NCBI GenBank assembly: GCA_965235115.1
Contig: OZ249436.1
Coordinates: 5,892,001-5,956,000 of the forward strand
Length of the DNA stretch: 64,000 nt
Source: Laetmonice hystrix
Lineage: Eukaryota
Reading direction: 5' to 3'
Both the position numbers and the translations under genes were made by a program. Below, one piece after another: positions 23,371 to 36,920 of this stretch. Position 1 is the first letter of the stretch, and each line of letters begins with the position of its first letter. The notes beneath the pieces are model-generated. The model did not search any database. It was not told the origin of the DNA and saw only the letters and a program-made list of their open reading frames with translations.

Positions 23371-26300
23371 AAGATTGAGTGTAAATAGATCATGTGGATC
23401 CGGAAGAAATAGATCTGGCCACGGTATAATTTTCTAGACGATACGTTCCTTTTGTTTGAGTGTGATGTGACGTTCTAAAATATGACCTTGTTGCGATTGT
23501 CTTAGGGTCGTGTGGGGCACCACTTACAGTGACGTGAGTTATGGCATACACGTGCAGAACCACACACCGAAATGCAGGCCTTCCCAGACCTCAAACATTT
23601 TGATGTCATTTAACTTCACAACACGCACCTGTCACAAGTTTTACATGTATTTTTTAATTACTTCACACAGACATGAAAAAATACCAGTTCATTATCTGAC
23701 TTTCCTGTAGCTCTATCACGTCGCTAAGCAGTAAATTATGCACCGCACATTAAGGCATTAATTTTCCACCTAACGCCATTGCACTCTGTGCATGCATCGG
23801 TGATAATTATATTGTATCTGCTAATAATTCATCTTGCATGATGACAGCAGTCGGATGATTTATGCTTTCTAAGACAGAAATATATGAGCCTTGCCCAGAA
23901 AAAAGTCTGTCTCGCAGGTCAATTATGAGTATTATATTCTGGTATACATGTCAAGGAGGATTCTAGGTCAATTGTAGCTGTGTCATCGATGTATGTTTTG
24001 TAGGGGCCCGGCGGCGGCCAGAGGGGACCCTCCATGCTGGCACTGACAGTGTCTTCTCCGGACTGTCTGCTGTGTCAGCTTGCCAGGAGATGTTAAATCA
24101 GTTAAATGTTGCCAGTGGGGGCCTCCTCCGACCGTGTGACAGACGAGGGGGAGGATTTCAACCTCTTGGCCTATCTGGGGCAGCATTGAGGCCATCCTCT
24201 CTCATCCGAGTCCAGGAGGAAACTATTCATGTCAAGCAACCACTCTCAAAGTGCATCTTTTTCAGCAACACTTTGGCTTGTAATCCTCGGTAATGGATAT
24301 TTGATGTTTCCTAGGCTTGTAAATGTAACGCCCCACAATTTTCTAAAGTTACAAAAAGTCCCTTTTTTTCTGGTGGCCTACACTTGATGGTTTTCAATGA
24401 CTAGAGGATATGAAAGGCCCTCTGTGCTGGCCCCTTCATGTCCTGAGCAGGACACGGTGCCCGTCACGGAGGGACCTCTCCACCCGGTCGACATGCTGGC
24501 CCCAGGGGGTGGGCCAGTCGGGTGTGCACAGAGAACAGACTGCTGTCCACTCGTCATTCTCTGGGTCACAGATAGTATGGCAGGTGGCCATTGGCCGAGC
24601 ACTCCCAGCCCCCTCCATCCAACTGCGCCACTGATTGCCGCACTCCTCAACACTCCTTGCAGGCTCCCTCCAGGCCGACGACATGTCACCAGCAATGCCC
24701 TCAGCCTGCCCACTCCAACTGAATGCCCCTATGGACATTACCAAGAACTCTTGTCATTTCTGCCGACACCTGGGCCACTAAATGTCCTGCCAGGTATGAG
24801 GTCCACAAAGACCTCATCTACAAATGATCATTCAGTCCTGCATACGGCCCTTCCCATGCCTGCTGGCAAACATTTCGAAGGTAGCTTGATTATGCTATCA
24901 AGAGGGCCCAGTCTGTAAGCGACAGGCTGATGAAGGGCTTGAGGTGGTAAGTCCCCGTGGTAAGAGTTAAAGACAGGCTCCTGTCATGCCGGTCTAGCCG
25001 GCAGCCCGACCCCCACCCACTACCAATTATGTCCGCTGTGACTGACAGTTCTATGATTATCGTCATTATACACTTATATAGAAAACTTGGACCTGGAAGC
25101 TGACCGGCTTTCAGTGGCGGCCGCCAGGGGTCTATGGGAGTGTTTGTCAGTGTGCATTACAGCGGAGGAGTCAAACACGCACAAATTGTTACAGTGTTGT
25201 TGTATCAGAAAGCAGGGGGAGGGCGGGGTAGGTTTGGGGGGCGGGGCCATGATGAGGGGGTGTTCATCATCTCACACACCTGCTTCAGCAAACCACCATT
25301 GTGTCTGTGTGACAGCCACCAGGACAACATACCTGCCTACGACTAAAGCCCCTATTGTTCTCACCCAGAAACCCCATTCAGAAACGTGTTCAGTTAAAGT
25401 GCGGGCAATCTGTCAAGTTCATTGATTAGCATGCACAGCGGGCCTCGGGAGGCGCACAGATAACGCGCCCTTTTTGTCACTCGCATGACTGGAAATCGAC
25501 TTCAAGAGGTCCACAGATGAGAGCCCGTGACATCAGCTGTTTTTGTTGATATAATTCTGATGTAGCCATATGTTATGATTTATATTGGGAGCAGTAGGAA
25601 GGAAACGCAAAGGGTGGGAATGTGTAGAGTGACTCCGGAACTAGCAGTCAACCAAAGACCACACTTTGACCCGAGTTGTCACGGAGACAGAGGGTGTCTC
25701 CTTGAACATATCCGTGTGCTCCTGACAGATGGTTGTATGAATGTTTACATTCTACATCATGCCATCAGGTCATCCTCAGTCTGTCTACAAAGACCATCAA
25801 TCATTCACATGCTAATTGTGTTTTCTCTTCTCAAGAAAGATGACGTCAGGCTGTCGCCTGTACGGGAAGTCCCACAGAGAAGAAAAAAGTTTGAAGCAAC
25901 CTAATTGTTATTCGCAAGCCTGTGGGCGTGATTATGTTTTTGTTCTTTCAATTTGCACCCATCAAGGTGGTAAGGTTGTGGGGCTGTATAGTCACCAACA
26001 CTTAGCCAACACTTACACAGCAGTGCTGATTTTTATGGTACATTTTATGGGACTTTTATGCGTGCTCATTGAAGATGGGGACCTTGGGCTTTCATGTGTC
26101 ATGCCAACCTGTGTGTTCATGCTCCGCAGTTGATGTTAAGTAGCATTTTAAAGCCAGGCTAATGCTGGGCCTGTTGCCAGGCTGTCTGGCCCCAGCATTC
26201 ATTTGCCCCTCACATGTCATGTGCTTGACTCCCCTTAATTTAATTGGCCCATTGTAATAATAACCCATATTAAACCAGCGCCTATCAACATAATTATTTC

Positions 26301-27953
26301 TAAGCCATTGAGCCCAAAGACTTAGGTGGGACATTTCAGAGCATTTAAATACTGGTTACTGTCTCCAGAATTAGCAGGGCAAGCAACAAGTGGGTGTAGA
26401 AATTACTGGGGGAGCGAGTCCTCCCAACAGTTCAGCTTCCCCCTACCCCTCGGGTGGACGACAGGGGGTTTAAAGGGCACAGTAGTGTCATTGTCGACAC
26501 CTAGCACGCGGTCAAGCCGAATCTATTGTCCCTGTATCCGAGGGGGTCTATCATTACCATTATAATCGCTCCATTGTCAAAACTCTAGCCCGGACAGAGA
26601 TAGCTTGATTATATTGATTTATCCATGTGGCCCAGAGAGACATAAATCTGAAATGGAGCCATGCGTCACACGCAGCGCTATTCAAATGACAGTCTCATGA
26701 CTGTTAATGTATGTCGGCTTGATTCATCTGGCCCCGATTAATGTCCCTTTAATGAACACAGAAGCACATAATGCATACTTTGAGCCAAGCTGAGATCAAT
26801 GGCTGAGGTGAGGTATGTATGTGATCTCACCGACCATGGTACGACTACAAACAATATATGTCAGTGATCTATCTATATACATGGCTCTCCACCAGGGAGG
26901 TCTCCATTCTGATAGAGTTTTTCAAGCCTGACATGCCGCACACCCACTGCCGAGTTTTCACCCTTGCAGGTTCCTTATATCCTGTATTAGATTTATACTT
27001 GTGGCTTGGCGTGATCTATCTGTGTGGAAAACAGATCAAAGGTGCGATGTTTATTCTGTCCCGATAGGTGTGGAGGTAGAGGGGGTGCCCCCCACCCCCA
27101 CCCCCTCAGGTAAGGATCAGGTATCAATCATAGTGCCAACAGGTGTGATAGCATGCCCAACACAACCGACAGTCCTAGCTCTGTGATGGGCCGACCGCCT
27201 TATGGCCGCTGCCACCCACTTAAGTCAACCACGGCTTTGTGCCTCGCCTACTTTTACCTGCTTTGTAGAAGCTCAACAATGCTAATTGTCTCGATCACAC
27301 ACAGATCAAGGAAACTGTGGCCGGGAGTCCTGTCACCTGTCATACATCATGCGCGGCCCACCTGACAACAAACACCTGGCTTGAACAGCTCTAATTGGCA
27401 GGAAACATCCTCCTTATAATCTTCGCTGTTTCACACGGGAAAACACCCCTATCACTCCTTTGACATCCACACAACCCGTAAATATGGACAAAATAGCGCA
27501 TCAAAGGTACTCATCTGGTCTTCTGTCTCTGAAGATATATGGTAGGGGCGAGGTTGAGTTATGCCTTTCAAACCAAGTATTATGATCATCTGAAATGTAG
27601 GCCACTGAGAATACCGGTGATCGTTTTAAATAAGAGGCCATATCGATGTGGCTTAACAGTTTGATGTCTTCATCGTATCGGCCATCACATGGCTTAGTAG
27701 GAGTTTGTTTAGTCTCTTGAAATAAGAGTATCCATATAAAGGGTACTTTGATTATTGGGATAAAAGGAGGGATGCAGAACTCAAAGTTGTGATTATTTTT
27801 AAGAAAGAAGGAAAGAGAAACGATATTTATGTGTGTGAAAGACCTAGCTGGTGCAGCCAGATCTCGTCATTCAAGTTTTTCTTCAATCCGTGAACTTCCG
27901 GGACTTCTGGGTGACCTTTTCTCCCATTCTCTATTTGAAATAATTCTAGAATT

Positions 27954-30900
27954 GGTATGTTTCACAGTGTGGGCAATATTTGACTGGCCACCAAGGTGTG
28001 GTTGTATGATGGCGGGGTATGTTTCACAGTGTGAGAATATTTGACTGGCCACCAAGGTGTGGTTGTATGATGGCGGGGTATGTTTCACAGTGTGAGCAAT
28101 ATTTGACTGGCCACCAAGGTGTGGTTGTATATGAGGGTATGTTTCACAGTGTGAGCAATATTTGACTGGCCACCAAGGTGTGGTTGTATATGAGGGTATG
28201 TTTCACAGTGTGAGCAATATTTGACTGGCCACCAAGGTGTGGTTGTATGATGGTGGGGTATGTTTCACAGTGTGAGCAATGTTTGACTGGCCACCAAGGT
28301 GTGGTTGTATATGAGGGTATGTTTCACAGTGTGAGCAATATTTGACTGGCCACCAAGGTGTGGTTGTATGATGGCGGGGTATGTTTCACAGTGTGAGCAA
28401 TATTTGACTGGCCACCAAGGTGTGGTTGTATATGATGACGGGGTATGTTTCACAGTGTGGGCAATATTTGACTGGCCACCAAGGTGTGGTTGTATGATGG
28501 CGGGGTATGTTTCACAGTGTGAGCAATATTTGACTGGCCACCAAGGTGTGGTTGTATATGAGGGTATGTTTCACAGTGTGAGCAATATTTGACTGGCCAC
28601 CAAGGTGTGGTTGTATATGAGGGTATGTTTCACAATGTGAGCAATATTTGACTGGCCACCAAGGTGTGGTTGTATATGATGGCGGGGTATGTTTCACAGT
28701 GTGAGCAATATTTGACTGGTCACCAAGGTGTGGTTGTATATGATGGTGGGGTATGTTTCACAGTGTGAGCAATATTTGACTGGCCACCAAGGTGTGGTTG
28801 TATATGATGGTGGGGTATGTTTCACAGTGAGCAATATTTGACTGGCCACCAAGGTGTGGTTGTATATGAGGGTATGTTTCACAGTGTGAGCAATATTTGG
28901 CCACCAAGGTGTGGTTGTATATGAGGGTATGTTTCACAGTGTGAGCAATATTTGACTGGCCACCAAGGTGTGGTTGTATATGAGGGTATGTTTCACGTTG
29001 TGAGCAATATTTGACTGGCCACCAAGGTGTGGTTGTATATGATGGCGGGGTATGTTTCACAGTGTGAGCAATATTTGACTGGCCACCAAGGTGTGGTTGT
29101 ATATGAGGGTATGTTTCACAGTGTGAGCAATATTTGACTGGTCACCAAGGTGTGGTTGTATATGAGGGTATGTTTCACAGTGTGAGCAATATTTGACTGG
29201 TCACCAAGGTGTGGTTGTATATGATGACGGGGTATGTTTCACAGTGTGAGCAATATTTGACTGGCCACCAAGGTGTGGTTGTATATGAGGGTATGTTTCA
29301 CAGTGTGAGCAATATTTGACTGGCCACCAAGGTGTGGTTGTATATGAGGGTATGTTTCACAGTGTGAGCAATATTTGACTGGCCACCAAGGTGTGGTTGT
29401 ATATGAGGGTATGTTTCACAGTGTGAGCAATATTTGACTGGCCACCAAGGTGTGGTTGTATGATGGCGGGGTATGTTTCACAGTGTGAGCATATTTGACT
29501 GGCCACCAAGGTGTGGTTGTATATGATGGCGGGGTATGTTTCACAGTGTGAGCAATATTTGACTGGCCACCAAGGTGTGGTTGTATATGATGGTGGGGTA
29601 TGTTTCACAGTGTGAGCAATATTTGACTGGCCACCAAGGTGTGGTTGTATATGAGGGTATGTTTCACAGTGTGAGCAATATTTGACTGGCCACCAAGGTG
29701 TGGTTGTATATGATGGCGGGGTATGTTTCACAGTGTGAGCAATATTTGACTGGCCACCAAGGTGTGGTTGTATATGAGGGTATGTTTCACAGTGTGAGCA
29801 ATATTTGACTGGCCACCAAGGTGTGGTTGTATATGAGGGTATGTTTCACAGTGTGAGCAATATTTGACTGGCCACCAAGGTGTGGTTGTATATGATGGCG
29901 GGGTATGTTTCACAGTGTGAGCAATATTTGACTGGCCACCAAGGTGTGGTTGTATATGATGGCGGGGTATGTTTCACAGTGTGAGCAATATTTGACTGGC
30001 CACCAAGGTGTGGTTGTATATGATGGCGGGGTATGTTTCACAGTGTGAGCAATATTTGACTGGCCACCAAGGTGTGGTTGTATATGAGGGTATGTTTCAC
30101 AGTGTGAGCATATTTGACTGGCCACCAAGGTGTGGTTGTATATGATGGCGGGGTATGTTTCACAGTGTGAGCAATATTTGACTGGCCACCAAGGTGTGGT
30201 TGTATATGATGGCGGGGTATGTTTCACAGTGTGAGCAATATTTGACTGGCCACCAAGGTGTGGTTGTATATGATGGCGGGGTATGTTTCACAGTGTGAGC
30301 AATATTTGACTGGCCACCAAGGTGTGGTTGTATGATGGCGGGGTATGTTTCACAGTGTGAGCAATATTTGACTGGCCACCAAGGTGTGGTTGTATATGAG
30401 GGTATGTTTCACAGTGTGAGCAATATTTGACTGGCCACCAAGGTGTGGTTGTATATGAGGGTATGTTTCACAGTGTGAGCAATATTTGACTGGCCACCAA
30501 GGTGTGGTTGTATATGAGGGTATGTTTAACAGTGTGAGCAATATTTGACTGGCCACCAAGGTGTGGTTGTATATGATGGCGGGGTATGTTTCACAGTGTG
30601 AGCAATATTTGACTGGCCACCAAGGTGTGGTTGTATATGATGACGGGGTATGTTTCACAGTGTGAGCAATATTTGACTGGTCACCAAGGTGTGGTTGTAT
30701 ATGATGGCGGGGTATGTTTCACAGTGTGTGCAATATTTGACTAGCCACCAAGGTGTGGTTGTATATGAGGGTATGTTTCACAGTGTGAGCAATATTTGAC
30801 TGGCCACCAAGGTGTGGTTGTATATGATGGCGGGGTATGTTTCACAGTGTGAGCAATATTTGACTGGCCACCAAGGTGTGGTTGTATATGATGGCGGGGT

Positions 30901-32089
30901 ATGTTTCACAATGTGAGCAATATTTGACTGGCCACCAATGTGTGGTTGTATATGATGGCGGGGTATGTTTCACAGTGTGAGCAATATTTGACTGGCCACC
31001 AAGGTATGGTTGTATATGATGGCGGGGTATGTTTCACAGTGTGAGCATATTTGACTGGCCACCAAGGTGTGGTTGTATATGATGGCGGGGTATGTTTCAC
31101 AGTGTGAGCAATATTTGACTGGCCACCAAGGTGTGGTTGTATATGATGGTGGGGTATGTTTCACAGTGAGCAATATTTGACTGGCCACCAAGGTGTGGTT
31201 GTATATGATGACGGGGTATGTTTCACAGTGAGCAATATTTGACTGGCCACCAAGGTGTGGTTGTATATGAGGGTATGTTTCACAGTGTGAGCAATATTTG
31301 ACTGGCCACCAAGGTGTGGTTGTATATGAGGGTATGTTTCACAGTGTGAGCAATATTTGACTGGCCACCAAGGTGTGGTTGTATATGATGGCGGGGTATG
31401 TTTCACAGTGTGAGCAATATTTGACTGGCCACCAAGGTGTGGTTGTATATGATGGCGGGGTCTGTTTCACAGTGTGAGCAATATTTGACTGGCCACCAAG
31501 GTGTGGTTGTATATGATGGTGGGGTATGTTTCACAGTGTGAGCAATATTTGACTGGCCACCAAGGTATGGTTGTATATGATGGCGGGGTATGTTTCACAG
31601 TGTGAGCAATATTTGACTGGCCACCAAGGTGTGGTTGTATATGATGGCGGGGTATGTTTCACAGTGTGAGCAATATTTGACTGGCCACCAATGTGTGGTT
31701 GTATGATGGCGGGCTATGTTTCACAGTGTGCGCATTATTTGACTGGCCACCAAGGTGTGGTTGTATATGAGGGTATGTTTCACAGTGTGCGCATTATTTG
31801 ACTGGCCACCAAGGTGTGGTTGTATATGATGGCGGGGTATGTTTCACAGTGTGAGCAATATTTGACTGGCCACCAAGGTGTGGTTGTATGATGGCGGGGT
31901 ATGTTTCACAGTGTGAGCAATATTTGACTGGCCACCAAGGTGTGGTTGTATATGATGGCGGGGTATGTTTCACAGTGTGAGCAATATTTGACTGGCCACC
32001 AAGGTGTGGTTGTATATGATGGCGGGGTCTGTTTCACAGTGTGAGCAATATTTGACTGGCCACCAAGGTGTGGTTGTATATGATGGTGG
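27954..32089. repeat. 59/63/65-bp minisatellite, ~66 copies (4.1 kb)
   Basis: Constant part GGGTATGTTTCACAGTGTGAGCAATATTTGACTGGCCACCAAGGTGTGGTTGTA, followed by a variable junction TATGA, TGATGGCG(G) or TATGATGGCG(G). Length variants are interspersed. Confidence 0.98.
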
Positions 32090-32360
32090 TGAGGTTGACT
32101 GGCCCTGGCGGGTGGACGGGGCTGACTGAGGGTGCAGTATGGCGGTGAGTGATGGTGCAGGGTATTGCGTGATGGTGATCATCCCACTATCCCGTGGATC
32201 TCACACGGGGGGCAGGGGGGCGGGGGCAGGGGGGGGGGGGCTCCAGGTGTCCTCAACACGGTGAATCATTCATGGTGACTCTGAACACGTCGTTTTAACT
32301 ACTCCAACCCAAACAGCGTAATGTGGGAAACTCATGCCAACCATGGCGACCTGCCTGAGG

Positions 32361-34290
32361 CTGTCAACCGTCTCAGTTACACCTTACAACATCATGTATA
32401 CCTCGTCTATGATCGGTAACATTTCCTAGCATGCAACTATAGACCTAGCATTACTGATGGAGATTTATAAAATTATCCAGTGTATGATGAGGTCAACCAG
32501 ATTTACCCCACCCTCATACACGTGTATCCAGCCAGGAGTACCGTGTGACTGTGGGTGTATAGAAGGGACAAGTGATGATAAATGTTTCCATAGATGAGGG
32601 TACAGGTAAGACGGTGGTAACAACGACAATTCACACCACCGCACGCAACCGCTGACTTCTCTACTTATTAATGACACCTCCCTCTTCAAAAATACACCCC
32701 CCCCCCCCCAAAAAAAAAAAACAACAACAAAACAACGAAACAAAACCAAAACACTTCTTACATGTCAGGTTCCCGATATTGTACTTGAACCGAGACAGAT
32801 AAACGGACATTTGTGAGGGTGATGGATATTTTCTCTAAAAGCTTTCGTAATATACGTGTAACTTTTTTCTACCGGAGGCTGTCAGAGGGATCAGAAGGGG
32901 TTTCCAATAGGGACAGGCGTTAGACTGACAGCCGTTTTCGCTACAATAGTCCTGTCATTGTGACCTAACCAACGTAATGGGCAAATAGCCTCTGCCGCTC
33001 CGTATGACTGCTAGGGACAGCAGCGCATTCATCGTTTTTAGTGTTATTGTGCCAACTGATAATTTGAGCTGAAAGCACCGATCATACAATTATCCGAACT
33101 GTGGAGGAAGCTGTGGGCAGGCCGGGGACAGATAAACATATGGCGGGGGAAGCTGTCAAGGAGTTCCGACCCCAGGCCGGGCCCAGAGGTCATTGAGGCC
33201 AGAGAGAACCAGCCGGTTAGAGCAGCAAGACTTGATAATTCTCACGGATGACTAAACTGTCAACCCATATTTCAATCGCTGTTATTAGTATGTCAACAGG
33301 CACACAGTGCTGATGAGGACTTTGCTGTGGCTCACCTGCTCTTGTCAGAAACAACAAAGGCAAGAGTTTTTGTATTTGTCGTGATATGAATCTGACGTGT
33401 GTGACAGGAGAGGAGAGAGAGAGACGTACAATTTGTGACGGTCCGTCGACAGGTATATAGGCCAATGGGGGCACGGTGTCAGTGAGTGAGACAAATTGTG
33501 GATGACGTGTTGGTCTCGCCATAACAATTAACAATGTGACGGACACAGGCCTTGGCTTTGTACCCGTGGTCACTTGAAGTGGGAGGGAGTCAGCACAATA
33601 CACCTGTCAACAGGGCTCCTCGCGCCCCGATCTTCGTGCAGATCGGCGTACAATTTATGGCAATTGTCGCCGAGTGGGCCCTGTGATCAGACGAACCCCG
33701 GGCGGTGGACTCGGGGGCGCCGGGTGCCCTCTGTCCCTGCCCGTGACAGCTGGTCATTTAGAGACTGACCACAATAGCTGACCACCAGTCTCCATACTCG
33801 ACCCGTGATGGGCCACCTTCAACACCCCGACTGGCAATGAAAGGGGTGTATACCCCATCTCTTAGTGCCCCGTCCCTGCCTTGCCACCCATTCTCACCCG
33901 ACAACCCATTTCCCGGACAATGCACGTACTTCCTTCTAGTGGCTTCTTAACTTGAGCGTTTATAAATCATGCAAATAGCCCGAACTGGTTGAGGGCAACC
34001 AGCCCCCGGTTCTTTGGCTCATACTCAACCTGAATTGTCCCTAAATCATCTTAATTCCTCTATACTTCAGAGTTTAAGTGCCTTTAGATTGACTTTCCAG
34101 AATGCTTTACGTGCCAACGACCGCTTTGATTTACCTGTTTTACCATCACTGATTTATAGCCACAAAATCTAGCTCTTTGTAAGTGGCAGGCATAAAATCG
34201 TTACACTATAGAAAAGGTATCATTTGCATTCAGACTATTTCATTACTTCTGATTTATCTGCCACAAATCTGTCTGCCTGTCAATGGGCAG
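32361..34290. promoter_or_regulatory. TALE/Hox motif cluster; candidate enhancer region
   Basis: Ten TGACAG/CTGTCA sites (32361, 32879, 32926, 32952, 33153, 33257, 33402, 33604, 33744, 34277) and three TGATTTAT sites (33962 minus, 34150, 34250) in ~1.9 kb of unique DNA. Confidence 0.4.
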
Positions 34291-34469
34291 CACAATGGCC
34301 GACTTGCTGGTGTATTAATGCTTCCATGGTCAGATAAACTAAGAATAAATGTAAACATCTAACTGTTTGCATTATTCATATCTGATTGTGGTTGTATTTT
34401 ACCAGCTTACCCTACCCTCGCCACTGTTTGTGTGTGCCTGGTGCGATCGGACGTCTCTACGATAGATCC

Positions 34470-34778
34470 TAGAACTGTAGTGCCATAGAGAACTGTAGTG
34501 CCATAGAACTGTAGTGCCATAGAGAACTGTAGTGCCATAGAACTGTAGTGCCATAGAGAACTGTAGTGCCATAGAACTGTAGTGCCATAGAGAACTGTAG
34601 TGTCATAGAACTGTAGTGCCATAGTGAACTGTAGTGTCATAGAGAACTGTAGTGCCATAGAGAACTATAGTGCCATAGTGAACTGTAGTGCCATAGAACT
34701 GTAGTGCCATAGAGAACTGTAGTGCCATAGAACTGTAGTGTCATAGAGAACTGTAGTGCCATAGAACTGTAGTGGCAT
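34470..34778. repeat. 16/18-bp tandem repeat, ~18 copies
   Basis: AACTGTAGTGCCATAG with or without a trailing AG, often alternating to give a 34-bp dimer. Confidence 0.95.
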
Positions 34779-35042
34779 GGATGTGGTAGTTAGGGAAATG
34801 GGGGTGTTGACAGAACATAAAGGATACACGAACTAGTGTACCACAACCGTGTCATGTCAAAATAGGTTAGGTCCATGTCATCGGACATACCGTGGGAAAA
34901 TAGTAGATTTTCCTCTTTTACTGGGTTACGTTACCTCATTATTAGTGATCAGAGAATGCCATGTAATTTAACATTCTGACACCATCTCCGAAATTTTAAA
35001 AGCATTATTTTCACAAAAGAAGTGAAATTGTAACGAGTAGTA

Positions 35043-36920
35043 TGGTTTGACTGGGTTAGAGGTTGGTTATTTACCGGGCTGACAGCGAGTGGTTTGACTG
35101 GGTTAGAGGTTGGTTATTTACCGGGCTGACAGCGAGTGGTTTGACTGGGTTAGAGGTTGGTTATTTACCGGGCTGACAGCGACTGGTTTGACTGGGTTAG
35201 AGGTTGGTTATTTACCGGGCTGACAGCGAGTGGTTTGACTGGGTTAGAGGTTGGTTATTTACCGGGCTGACAGCGAGTGGTTTGACTGGGTTAGAGGTTG
35301 GTTATTTACCGGGCTGACAGCGAGTGGTTTGACTGGGTTAGAGGTTGGTTATTTACCGGGCTGACAGCGAGTGGTTTGACTGGGTTAGAGGTTGGTTATT
35401 TACCGGGCTGACAGCGAGTGGTTTGACTGGGTTAGAGGTTGGTTATTTACCGGGCTAACAGCGAGTAGTTTGGGTTAGAGGTTAGTTATTTACCGCGCTG
35501 ACAGCGAGTGGTTTGACTGGGTTAGAGGTTGGTTATTTATTTACCGGGCTGACAGCGAGTGGTTTGACTGGGTTAGAGGTTGGTTATTTACCGGGCTGAC
35601 AGCGAGTGGTTTGACTGGGTTAGAGGTTGGTTATTTACTGGGCTGACAGCGAGTGGTTTGACTGGGTTAGAGGTTGGTTATTTACCGGGCTGACAGCGAG
35701 TGGTTTGACTGGGTTAGAGGTTGGTTATTTACCGGGCTGACAGCGAGTGGTTTGACTGGGTTAGAGGTTGGTTATTTACCGGGCTGACAGCGAGTGGTTT
35801 GACTGGGTTAGAGGTTGGTTATTTACCGGGCTGACAGCGAGTGGTTTGACTGGGTTAGAGGTTGGTTATTTACCGGGCTGACAGCGAGTGGTTTGACTGG
35901 GTTAGAGGTTGGTTATTTACCGGGCTGACAGCGAGTGGTTTGACTGGGTTAGAGGTTGGTTATTTACCGGGCTGACAGCGAGTGGTTTGACTGGGTTAGA
36001 GGTTGGTTATTTACCGGGCTGACAGCGAGTGGTTTGACTGGGTTAGAGGTTGGTTATTTACCGGGCTGACAGCGAGTGGTTTGACTGGGTTAGAGGTTGG
36101 TTATTTACCGGGCTGACAGCGAGTGGTTTGACTGGGTTAGAGGTTGGTTATTTACCGGGCTGACAGCGAGTGGTTTGACTGGGTTAGGGGTTGGTTATTT
36201 ACCGGGCTGACAGCGAGTGGTTTGACTGGGTTAGAGGTTGGTTATTTACCGGGCTGACAGCGAGTGGTTTGACTGGGTTAGAGGTTGGTTATTTACCGGA
36301 CTGACAACGAGTGGTTTGACTGGGTTAGAGGTTGGTTATTTACCGGACTGACAACGAGTGGTTTGACTGGGTTAGAGGTTCGTTATTTACCGGGCTGACA
36401 GCGAGTGGTTTGACTGGGTTAGAGGTTGGTTATTTACCGGGCTGACAGCGAGTGGTTTGACTGGGTAAGAGGTTGGTTATTTACCCGGCTGACAGCGAGT
36501 GGTTTGACTGGGTTAGAGGTTGGTTATTTACCCGGCTGACAGCGAGTGGTTTGACTGGGTTAGAGGTTGGTTATTTACCGGGCTGACAGCGAGTGGTTTG
36601 ACTGGGTTAGAGGTTGGTTATTTACCGGGCTGACAGCGAGTGGTTTGACTGGGTTAGAGGTTGGTTATTTACCGGGCTGACAGCGAGTGGTTTGACTGGG
36701 TAGGTTGGTTATTTACCCGGCTGACAGCGAGTGGTTTGACTGGGTTAGAGGTTGGTTATTTACCGGGCTGACAGCGAGTGGTTTGACTGGGTTAGAGGTT
36801 GGTTATTTACCGGGCTGACAGCGAGTGGTTTGACTGGGTTAGAGGTTGGTTATTTACCGGGCTGACAGCGAGTGGTTTGACTGGGTTAGAGGTTGGTTAT
36901 TTACCGGGCTGACAGCGAGT
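35043..36920. repeat. 47-bp minisatellite, ~40 copies, highly homogeneous
   Basis: Unit GGTTTGACTGGGTTAGAGGTTGGTTATTTACCGGGCTGACAGCGAGT. Confidence 0.98.

Noticed and set aside
22008..23388. Long plus-strand ORFs of 291-425 aa
   Set aside because: All three frames are open only because the 49-bp unit lacks stop codons, and the same peptide cycles in each frame.
23925..23950. TGAGTATTATATTCTGGTA resembling miR-12
   Set aside because: Several mismatches outside the seed and no complementary arm to form a pre-miRNA hairpin.
24397..24918. 173-aa Pro-rich ORF
   Set aside because: GC-rich stretch with overlapping ORFs on both strands and no recognisable family.
26470..26752. Second possible TTAA-AGGG...CCCT-TTAA Kolobok-like element
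   Set aside because: The inverted match is only about 4 bp beyond TTAA, which is compatible with chance.
27954..32089. CACAGTG (RSS heptamer / Transib-like terminus) in each unit
   Set aside because: No ACAAAAACC-like nonamer at 12- or 23-bp spacing on either strand. A lone heptamer multiplied by the repeat is uninformative.
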